A stretch of 64,000 bases of DNA from Eubacteriales bacterium. Lineage in GTDB: Bacteria; Bacillota; Clostridia; Oscillospirales; SIG627. Within the stretch, counting starts at the first letter, position 1; every line of letters begins with the position of its first letter. Shown piece after piece: positions 9,319-16,736 of the stretch. Location: positions 3,065-67,064 of the forward strand of contig JAZQUE010000074.1 of assembly GCA_045631145.1 (NCBI GenBank). Reading direction: 5' to 3'. The translations under genes and the position numbers were made by a program. Below the pieces are notes generated by a model. It was not told the origin of the DNA, did not search any database, and saw nothing but the letters and a program-made list of their open reading frames with translations.

Positions 9319-11496
9319 ATGGATATTAATATAGACAAACAATATAACATCAGCTCCAGTAAATTTAAGATGCTATCATCTACTTCTGGAGTAGGCTCGG
9401 TTGTTACAACAAAATGGGGGGGATTCATTATGCCCCTTACGATCAATGAATGGGCGTTTATCCGTGCATTAACGGAAAGTATAAACAATCCAGCAAACTC
9501 GCAATACACTAATAAGGATCATCAGGCTGCTACTGGTGCAGAGATAGTTGATGATGAGAGGTTCATAAAATTCCTTCAGGCAAAAAAGGATTTTGTTAAT
9601 CTGAAATGTTTTGCAGCAATACCTCATGTAGGATTAAATGGTGCGAACTACATAGATTATAAGGAGCATCCGTTATATAAGGAGCAGGAATTAAAAAGCC
9701 GAGAGTTACGTCCCGATATGTTCTATATTCCTGCCGTTGATTTTCCTAAATGGTTTATATCATCAAAGTCGGAATTAAAGCGCATTGACGAATGGTTTGA
9801 CCTTTGGAAGCATGAAGAATTTACCAAGGGCGGACACAAACTGCGTCACAACGATGGGAAGGAGGAGTATTTTGCTCCACCAAGAGATCCTCATGGACCT
9901 ACCTTACGAAAGTTCAAGAATCAATTGAATGACCCTACTATCTACAGACCTCTATCACCAGTATCTTTAGTTCTTATATGTGAGAATGGTCATGCGTCTG
10001 ATATAGACTGGTATAACTATTTTTGTGCTTACCTTGATGGTAAGAAGAAAGAAATGACAAGCGAAGAGGGTTTTGATTTATTTGGATATGCTTGCGATAA
10101 CCATTGTACAGTAAACGTAAACGGAAGGCATAGCTTGAAATGGATAATGAACCGCAATCAATCGGAATCATGGGGTACACTCAAATGCGAATATTGTAAC
10201 AAGAGTGTTTCTTTAGCCGGTATTATGAATCTTAAAGTGTTTTGTCGAGGGGAAAAACCATGGGAACCATACCAGGGACAAAATTGGGTACCTTCTCATG
10301 AAAGGTGTATGAATGGTCACTCACGTTCAGTAATGCAGGTTGCAATGGTAACGAGTAATAGTATTTATTACGCTTCATCACAGAGCAGTCTCTATGTTCC
10401 TCTTTCATGGACATCACAAGGAGGGGTTAAATTACAAGGTGATGCATACGACTATCTTGTAGAATTGCAGAACCGTTATGCAAGAAAACTGACAAGGAAG
10501 TCCGATCTGACAAAGGAAGACTTTATAACATCTTTGGGCTATCTTGTAGATGCTGCTGATGCGGATGGCTATTCAATAGATGACAATGAAGCAGAAGCTA
10601 TCACAATTGAGTTCCTTGGTATATCAAATGAAGTTGACGTGGTTAAAACTTATCGTCTAGAGGAATTTAAGGTATTTGTAAATAATGACAATACACCCGA
10701 AGTTAACAGAAAATTTGAGTTTAACGATATTAACATGCGCGAATTCAAGAATGATTTACTTATAGAGAAGTTCTTGAAAATTAAACAAGTTCCGTTACTT
10801 GCTATAACGAGTACTCAGTTGGGGTTTGGACGTGTGAAGATGCCCTCACCTAAGTTAGTCAACGGACAAGTCGTATACAACAATGAGCAGATTCGTCCAA
10901 TCTATTCAGGGAACATTAATGATGTTAAGGTACTTCCTGCTAATCAGATTTATGGTGAGGGATTGTTTTTTGCGTTTGATATAGATAAAATAAAAGAATG
11001 GAGTGAGACCTATGGTCTTGAGAATTACTACAAGACAACGTTAGAAAATGGTAGCATGGGTGAGTTCCTAGCAAGTGAGATGGGAATTTATGGCCGAGCC
11101 AAATACTATCTCTTGCATACGTTCTCTCACCTAATAATGAAGGAATTAGAGTTCTCATGTGGATATCCTACAGCGAGTCTAAGTGAACGTTTATATTACT
11201 CTGATGAAATGTGTGGTGTACTGATATACACAGCAGATGGAGCTGAAGGCAGTATGGGTGGACTTGTATGGCAAGGACAGCCAGAACTAATTGAAAAAAT
11301 AATTATTTCAGCACTTCAACGTGCTTCTGATTGTTCAGCAGACCCTCTATGCTGGGATAATTCAGATGGTTTGAATAAAGCCGCATGTTTTTCATGTGCG
11401 ATGGTATCAGAAACATCATGCGAACAAGGAAATATGGGGCTTGACCGTAGAGCATTGGTGGATCCAGAGTTTGGATATTTTAAAGATTTGATATAA
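9319..11496 (+). CDS. DUF1998 (MrfA-type zinc-binding) domain protein, DISARM DrmB-like
   Basis: C-terminal signature HTFSHLIMKELE...GVLIYTADGAEGSMGGL...CSADPLCWDN...ACFSCAMVSETSCEQGNMGLDRRAL with four Cys. Additional Cys/His clusters in the N-terminal half. Starts 5 nt after the helicase stop. Confidence 0.85.
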   Translation: MDINIDKQYNISSSKFKMLSSTSGVGSVVTTKWGGFIMPLTINEWAFIRALTESINNPANSQYTNKDHQAATGAEIVDDERFIKFLQAKKDFVNLKCFAAIPHVGLNGANYIDYKEHPLYKEQELKSRELRPDMFYIPAVDFPKWFISSKSELKRIDEWFDLWKHEEFTKGGHKLRHNDGKEEYFAPPRDPHGPTLRKFKNQLNDPTIYRPLSPVSLVLICENGHASDIDWYNYFCAYLDGKKKEMTSEEGFDLFGYACDNHCTVNVNGRHSLKWIMNRNQSESWGTLKCEYCNKSVSLAGIMNLKVFCRGEKPWEPYQGQNWVPSHERCMNGHSRSVMQVAMVTSNSIYYASSQSSLYVPLSWTSQGGVKLQGDAYDYLVELQNRYARKLTRKSDLTKEDFITSLGYLVDAADADGYSIDDNEAEAITIEFLGISNEVDVVKTYRLEEFKVFVNNDNTPEVNRKFEFNDINMREFKNDLLIEKFLKIKQVPLLAITSTQLGFGRVKMPSPKLVNGQVVYNNEQIRPIYSGNINDVKVLPANQIYGEGLFFAFDIDKIKEWSETYGLENYYKTTLENGSMGEFLASEMGIYGRAKYYLLHTFSHLIMKELEFSCGYPTASLSERLYYSDEMCGVLIYTADGAEGSMGGLVWQGQPELIEKIIISALQRASDCSADPLCWDNSDGLNKAACFSCAMVSETSCEQGNMGLDRRALVDPEFGYFKDLI

Positions 11497-11545
11497 AGAG
11501 AAATTTTTCCAGAAATTTAATATGTTCGTGATATTTAATGAATTG

Positions 11546-11581
11546 CTATTATCCGAATCATGCACATGATTCGGATAATAG
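11546..11581 (+). terminator. perfect 15-bp stem hairpin downstream of the island operon
   Basis: ctattatccgaatca (11546-11560), 6-nt loop tgcaca, tgattcggataatag (11567-11581). Lies 50 nt after the DUF1998 stop. There is no strong T-run, so intrinsic-terminator function is an inference. Confidence 0.5.
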
Positions 11582-11767
11582 GTTATAAAATATCGTATTA
11601 AAAAATAACACTATTTGTCTGGAGCTACCGAAAAAAATGGATACTTTCGGACTAATTGTCTAAATATCTACTTGGACTGATAGTATCGGCGAAGCGGTAC
11701 CAAGAAAATGTAGGGTTTGCTCATTTATAAACCTCGTATCTTTGCGCTAAATATAGAGCGTGAAGAT

Positions 11768-12274
11768 ATGGCAAACCCCAATTTAACCATGCCGAAATTA
11801 AAACGTGCATTCCAACTGCTTGCGGCCAATGTCCCGCAACGCACCATTTGCGAACAGCTCCACATGGGACGCGGTGTTCTTTCCAAGTACAAGAAAGCTG
11901 CCGATGAGATGAAACTTTCCTATGAGGATGCCGGTCGCCTGAACAATGAGGAACTCGAAAGCTTCCTCCAGTCTGTAAAATCCGCTCCATGCGGTGTGTC
12001 TGCCCAAAGGAAACTTCTGGACGAACTGATTCCGGATTATGTCTCGGATCTTGCACACAACCGCTATCTGACTGTCCAACGCCTGCATGAGAAGTATCTG
12101 GAGAACCATCCTGACGGTTATGGATATACACAGTTCAAGAAAGCCATCCGTAATTATCAGTATGCACATAACCTGAGCTACCACAACACCTATCTTCCCG
12201 GTGCCGAACTCCAGATGGTACCGCTTCAGCGCTATCGGCATTTTATATCTCTTGAGCAGAAATTGTTGTTGTAA
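11768..12274 (+). pseudogene. IS21-family transposase (IstA-like) N-terminal fragment
   Basis: MANPNLTMPKLKRAFQLLAANVPQRTICEQLHMGRGVLSKY is an HTH-type N-terminus typical of Bacteroidota IS21 transposases. The ORF ends after about 170 aa with no DDE catalytic region and no istB partner. A TAnnTTTG box (tatctttg, 11735-11742) lies upstream. Confidence 0.6.
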
Positions 12275-12435
12275 ATAGTAAAAAAGGTTGTAGATATATA
12301 ACCTTATTGCAAACATTTAGTTGTTGGATGAGGATGAATATCGGTATTGGTAATTTTTTTTCACAATAGAAAACGCAACCCGCAACCCGCAACTTTTTTT
12401 GAAAATCACTTTTTAATGTTTGTGGTGTGGGTAGA

Positions 12436-12471
12436 TACAAAAAAGGCAGGTTTACTTTTGGTGAACCTGCC
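12436..12471 (-). terminator. rho-independent terminator, inferred to be the original mnmE terminator displaced by prophage insertion
   Basis: Read on the minus strand: GGCAGGTT, 11-nt loop, AACCTGCC, then TTTTTTG. Sits about 26 nt downstream of the orphan ...FCIGK-stop remnant at 12497-12514. Confidence 0.7.
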
Positions 12472-12496
12472 TTTGCTGTATATGTTTGTAGGATGC

Positions 12497-12514
12497 TTAT
12501 TTTCCGATGCAAAA
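12497..12514. repeat. prophage attachment-site core, left copy (attL/attR pair with 63026-63043)
   Basis: ttattttccgatgcaaaa versus ttatttcccgatgcaaaa at 63026-63043, 17 of 18 identical. The minus-strand reading is TTT TGC ATC GGR AAA TAA, which encodes F C I G K stop. Confidence 0.75.
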
Positions 12515-12820
12515 TTTCTTTTTAGGGATTTTTTACACCTGTACTATATTGTTATTCAAGCATTTACAATACTTTCGCTCCGCAGATTGTTGTTTTTGAG
12601 CAACAGAATAGCAACAGATTTGTATAAAACAACTTTCCGAGGAGTGTTGCTTGCGGTACAAAGATAAGCAATTTTAATGAGAAACGGGAGCAGTTTCCCG
12701 TCCCGTTTCCTGATACAGTTATTTTTCTCGAATACGCCGCACATTGCGTTCAAATTCTTTTCTGCTGTATTTTATAATGCCCGCAAAGAAAACGCCGTAT
12801 TCGCCGCCATTTCGCTTTGC

Positions 12821-13897
12821 TTATGCAAACCTCTTTGCTGCGGCTATGATTTCGTCAGCATACTGATAGATGTCGTCGATAGAGGCGATTTTGTTGTGGT
12901 GCTCCTTTTTCGCTTCATCGACGAACGTTATACGCTTGTTATTCTCGGAATCGAGATACAGGCGACAAACAGGCTTTCGATTGTTGTTGTCAATGAAGAT
13001 AGCGAAGTAGGTTTGTGCGTCACGGTAGGTAACACGTTCTGCAGGTACACAGCCTCGGAGGATAGCTTTCACGATATAGAACGCTTGCAGCTCCTCGTCC
13101 GTCGTAATAATTTTGCTTGCGGGTGTTTCCTCAACGGGTTCTGCTGCCGCCTGTGGTTCTGTTGCCTGTTCAACCGTCGGAGTGTCATTGTCCTTGATAG
13201 CTGCTTTCAGGCGTTCCGAAATTGTAGCGTTGATATAATTGCTGATTGTCCGCTTCAACAGGACGGTAAACTGTTCGAGGATTTTCTGTGTGAACACCCC
13301 CTCGTACACCTGTTTGCAGAGGAAACGCACAAGATCAGGCGAGGGACTCGCAAACTCTCTTTCGATAACTGCTTTCAGCTCGCCCATGTATTTAAGTTCG
13401 CTCGCTGTGCTCAATATCGCCCCAACATCAAAATAAGACCTGTGGAACTTTTTCAGTTCTTCGATTTGCTCGTCCTTGATGTCGAGCAGGTTCACTTCCA
13501 AGAAAGGTTTCTCATCCATTTTGTTTGGTTCGGCGAGGTCTGTGTAGAACTTGTAGATGATACCGTTTGTCAGGACACCGAACTTTGCTTTGGAAACGTG
13601 GAAGTAGCGGAGGAGTTGATTATCGTGCAGCGTGAGGTTCTGTTGCCAATGCTTGCACTCGATTAAGATTATAGGTTCGCCGTCACGGAGGATTGCGTAG
13701 TCTATTTTCTCGCCTTTCTTTGTGCCGATGTCACAGCACATTTCAGGCAGCACCTCCAATGGGTTGAAAACGTCGTAACCTAACGCACTAATGAACGGCA
13801 TAATGAGTGCCGTTTTCGTCGCCTCCTCGGTTGGGAGGTTTCCTTTCAGGCTTTCGATACGCTCGGACAGCCTCTTGATTGAATCCTTGAAATCCAT
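12821..13897 (-). CDS. HsdR_N-type (type I restriction enzyme R N-terminal-like) PD-(D/E)XK domain protein, prophage-end cargo
   Basis: N-terminus TEEATKTALIMPFISALGYDVFNP...EKIDYAILRDGEPIILIECK matches the HsdR_N nuclease-fold pattern (D...E.K). It is a solitary gene between attL and the lysis genes. Confidence 0.7.
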   Translation of the reverse strand: MDFKDSIKRLSERIESLKGNLPTEEATKTALIMPFISALGYDVFNPLEVLPEMCCDIGTKKGEKIDYAILRDGEPIILIECKHWQQNLTLHDNQLLRYFHVSKAKFGVLTNGIIYKFYTDLAEPNKMDEKPFLEVNLLDIKDEQIEELKKFHRSYFDVGAILSTASELKYMGELKAVIEREFASPSPDLVRFLCKQVYEGVFTQKILEQFTVLLKRTISNYINATISERLKAAIKDNDTPTVEQATEPQAAAEPVEETPASKIITTDEELQAFYIVKAILRGCVPAERVTYRDAQTYFAIFIDNNNRKPVCRLYLDSENNKRITFVDEAKKEHHNKIASIDDIYQYADEIIAAAKRFA

Positions 13898-14199
13898 ATA
13901 CTGTTACTTTATAGGTTATATCCTCAATCAAGGTTGCTACCGCCTGACAGACCCGCACATAAAAATAGCGTGGGATTCCTGTCGGTTTAGAGGTATCGCC
14001 AAACACCTTACGGACTAACAAGGAAATGCCCACGCATATTGCGGGCATCTACCACTGTTTTTAAGTCCGTGTTGAAATTGGCGATTTCCTAAACCTCAAA
14101 ACAATAGCAAACGCTATAATTTTCAAATATGTCGCTACAAAAGTAACCAAAGTTTTTCATACAATACGCTTTATAGCAAGAAAATCGCTATCTCACGGC

Positions 14200-14739
14200 T
14201 CAAAAACTGAAAAGGCTGTATGATACGCCTATACCTATGTACGGGGCAAATTGGGGCGTTTGCGTCAATGTTACCCCATATCCTGCCTGTATGCCGACGC
14301 TCCACCGTTTCGGTTTCTGCTTTATCTGTACAACCTGCCTTGGCTGTGTAATGAACAGGCTGTCGAGTGTCGGTCTGTAACCGCTGACATAGGCTCGGTA
14401 GGTGTCCGTTTCGTATCTTTTCTGCGTGATAGGTATCTGAACCGTTACGCTGTCTTCGGGAACAGTTTTACCGAAATTTTGTACACTATCCTGCAAGTTT
14501 GGAACGGTTTCAGGCATTTTTGGTTCGCTTGCAGGAAGTTTCTCTGTTATAAACCGCAACACAACACTGTCACGTGGCACGGGCTTATAATAAGGTATTG
14601 TGTCGTACACTGTCAGGGTGTCGGTATAAACGCCCAATGACAGCGATTGTTTACCCCTGTGGCATTGATATACGTTCAAGCACAGCAAAACGCCTACAAG
14701 GACGTAAACAAGGAATTTGGTTAGCTCTTTCATACGCAT
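14200..14739 (-). CDS. membrane-anchored lysis-cassette protein (spanin-like candidate)
   Basis: N-terminal hydrophobic segment FLVYVLVGVLLCLNVYQC. C-terminus GIGVSYSLFSF ends in an aromatic residue, as in OM beta-strands. Overlaps the amidase gene end by 10 nt. Confidence 0.45.
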   Translation of the reverse strand: MRMKELTKFLVYVLVGVLLCLNVYQCHRGKQSLSLGVYTDTLTVYDTIPYYKPVPRDSVVLRFITEKLPASEPKMPETVPNLQDSVQNFGKTVPEDSVTVQIPITQKRYETDTYRAYVSGYRPTLDSLFITQPRQVVQIKQKPKRWSVGIQAGYGVTLTQTPQFAPYIGIGVSYSLFSF

Positions 14740-15326
14740 TGTTTCAGATACATAATTATCCCCTCGACGTGAGCTTTGACGATAGCCTCTTTCCCCTCCT
14801 CGGAAATCAGAATAGCCAAATCCTCCTTGTTATCCATAAACAGGTTCTCGGTCAGAACAGCGGGGCAAGATGTCTTTTTCAATATCCAAAAGTTCTCCTC
14901 CCAATCAGCGTCACCGTCCGAGGTGTCTTTACGAAACTTTGTTCCCAACGGCAGGGCTTCCGCTGCGGCAAAATACAGGCAGTTGGCAAGTCTGTCTGAT
15001 TTTGTCGTTCCGACACTTGTATAGGCTGACCAACCACGGGCGGACTTCCATTCTCCACAGCCCGCCGCATTGACGTGTACTGATATGAGAATGACATTAT
15101 CCTTACCATATCGTCCGCAAATCTCATTCACTCGACGGGAACGCTCCGACAGTGCGATGTCCTGTTCCTCGGGAACGATACGCTGCACGTCGTAACCCCT
15201 GTTCTTCAACTCTGCTTCAATACGTCGGACTATTTCTCTCGCCCACGCATACTCACGAAAAGAACCGTCTGGGCTTCGCTTCCCTGCGGTTTCCTGTCCG
15301 TGTCCGTTATCCAATAAAATTTTCAT
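14730..15326 (-). CDS. N-acetylmuramoyl-L-alanine amidase (endolysin)
   Basis: MKILLDNGHGQETAGKRSPDG...ISVHVNAAG is an Amidase_3-like pattern. Adjacent to small membrane proteins. Confidence 0.8.
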   Translation of the reverse strand: MKILLDNGHGQETAGKRSPDGSFREYAWAREIVRRIEAELKNRGYDVQRIVPEEQDIALSERSRRVNEICGRYGKDNVILISVHVNAAGCGEWKSARGWSAYTSVGTTKSDRLANCLYFAAAEALPLGTKFRKDTSDGDADWEENFWILKKTSCPAVLTENLFMDNKEDLAILISEEGKEAIVKAHVEGIIMYLKQCV

Positions 15327-15329
15327 ACG

Positions 15330-15953
15330 CTATTTGTATTCAGGTAAAAGGTATTGAATGTTCATCGCTGCTGTGTGCATAATGTTGCGAGCTTCCTCCT
15401 CCGATACTGTCATTGGGTGTGTAAACTCACAGAAAATAGAACCCACCCAATCGTGAGTATTGTCATTCAGGCGTTTTACAATAGCCGCCTCGCAACCGCA
15501 ACTTGAAAAGATAGATTTTGCGTATTTGTCCTCTACCTGTTTGTCGATGTCAGAGATATACATAAACAGGTTGCGGACGAGGTCGCTGCTGAATTTTGCA
15601 ACGTCAGCAATCGGGAGGCTTTGGATATGGGGTTTCATCCCCTCAATGCCCTTTCGCTTCACCTCAAAATAAACGCTCAACATACTTTCATTACCGAGCG
15701 GGTGAGGTTGGACGATATACACACGGTCAGCGTCAAGCTCGTGGAGTACGTTCCACAGTTCGCCGTAAACGAGAGAACTGTTGTCGGCTCGGCGTTTCCC
15801 TTTGCGTTCCTCCTGTTGCTTGTACTGCTCGATTTTGAGGTCTGTGAGTTTGTTTTTAGTGTACTGATTGTAGGCGAACCAAGCAGCGAGAGGTGTAGCA
15901 ATTGCAGAAACAACACCCCCGATTGCTATGATGATGTCAGGTATGTTTTCCAT
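15330..15953 (-). CDS. hypothetical protein with N-terminal transmembrane anchor
   Basis: Start chosen at MENIPDIIIAIGGVVSAIATPLAAWFAY, which avoids overlap with the upstream gene. Function unknown. Confidence 0.5.
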   Translation of the reverse strand: MENIPDIIIAIGGVVSAIATPLAAWFAYNQYTKNKLTDLKIEQYKQQEERKGKRRADNSSLVYGELWNVLHELDADRVYIVQPHPLGNESMLSVYFEVKRKGIEGMKPHIQSLPIADVAKFSSDLVRNLFMYISDIDKQVEDKYAKSIFSSCGCEAAIVKRLNDNTHDWVGSIFCEFTHPMTVSEEEARNIMHTAAMNIQYLLPEYK

Positions 15954-15961
15954 AAGGCAAT

Positions 15962-16210
15962 TTAGTTGATTATGGCACGAAGAACGTACCTGATGAGTGT
16001 TCCGAACAACGAGCCGAGAACGGTCAGCCCGTAATCTATCCAATCCCATTTGCCGCCGTAAGCTCTGTCCTTGTATTCAAGACAGGTGGCAGCGATAACA
16101 GAACCAAATAGCGAGTGGCTGTAATCATTAGCCAAAAGACCGATGAATACACCACCCGCTAAATGCTTAATACGGTTGCTCTCTTTGAGCCAAGCGATTA
16201 CCTTTTTCAT
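15962..16210 (-). CDS. small membrane protein, putative holin
   Basis: Start at MKKVIAW (ATG 16210-16208). Hydrophobic segments GGVFIGLLA, FGSVIAATCL and LTVLGSLFGTLI. Lies upstream of the amidase. Confidence 0.45.
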   Translation of the reverse strand: MKKVIAWLKESNRIKHLAGGVFIGLLANDYSHSLFGSVIAATCLEYKDRAYGGKWDWIDYGLTVLGSLFGTLIRYVLRAIIN

Positions 16211-16234
16211 TGTGATACAGTTTGAATTACGGTA

Positions 16235-16242
16235 CAAAGGTA
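16235..16242 (-). promoter_or_regulatory. Bacteroidota-type -7 promoter box (TACCTTTG on minus strand)
   Basis: Matches the TAnnTTTG consensus. Lies 25 nt upstream of the holin-like start. Confidence 0.45.
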
Positions 16243-16250
16243 ATCAAACC

Positions 16251-16267
16251 GATTATAATATAATCAC
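16251..16267 (-). promoter_or_regulatory. 15-bp palindrome GATTATA-N-TATAATC plus AC, copy 1 of 3
   Basis: gattataatataatcac. An identical motif occurs at 48782-48798. A central-base variant occurs at 55951-55967. Each copy lies 4-8 nt upstream of a -7 box. Confidence 0.5.
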
Positions 16268-16280
16268 TTTGAAAGGCGAT

Positions 16281-16733
16281 TTATTTCAACAGCGGCTCCA
16301 ATTCGTTGATTTTATCCCTCAACGCCTGACGTTCCGTGTGCAACGCCGCAACATCGTAGGGGAGTTCCTGTCCTAACAGCGAAGCCTCGTAACACTTGGT
16401 TATCTTGTAGTCGCTGTCGGAAAGAGCGGTTTTAAGAGCTTCGATTTCGTCCCTGATTTTTCGCCTGTCGAACCGTTTTTCATACCTGTAAGCGATATGG
16501 TCGCCCGCATCATACGGAACAGGGACGACGATGTAGTTTTCCTCATCGCTTTGCATTTGTTCCTCTGAAATCAAATCAACGGGCTTCCACACCTCGGACA
16601 GTTCCGACACCTGTTGTTCCACTGTGATAACTTCAACTCTCTGCACACCGTCATTGTCGGTGTAAATACGGTTTATCGGCTCGATGAACCGTGAGTGGAG
16701 GTATTGACCCTCCATATATCCATACTCTACCAT
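16281..16733 (-). CDS. hypothetical tail-module protein (150 aa)
   Basis: ORF starts 3 nt after the tail tip gene stop. C-terminal coiled-coil-like segment. Function not recognised. Confidence 0.5.
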   Translation of the reverse strand: MVEYGYMEGQYLHSRFIEPINRIYTDNDGVQRVEVITVEQQVSELSEVWKPVDLISEEQMQSDEENYIVVPVPYDAGDHIAYRYEKRFDRRKIRDEIEALKTALSDSDYKITKCYEASLLGQELPYDVAALHTERQALRDKINELEPLLK

Positions 16734-16736
16734 AGT

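Noticed and set aside
11721-12316. 136-aa and 172-aa minus-strand ORFs opposite the IS21 fragment
   Set aside because: These are antisense to a recognisable transposase N-terminus. They have no motifs and overlap each other in different frames.
12371-12392. Tandem cgcaacc x3, considered as a CRISPR or iteron array
   Set aside because: There are only three 7-nt units with no spacers and no repeat-spacer periodicity. No CRISPR-like array is seen anywhere in the window.
12677-13666. 329-aa + strand ORF overlapping the HsdR_N-like gene
   Set aside because: It is the antisense shadow of a well-supported minus-strand gene. The translation is Cys/Phe/Arg/Val-rich with no motif, and no start context or partner genes exist on that strand.
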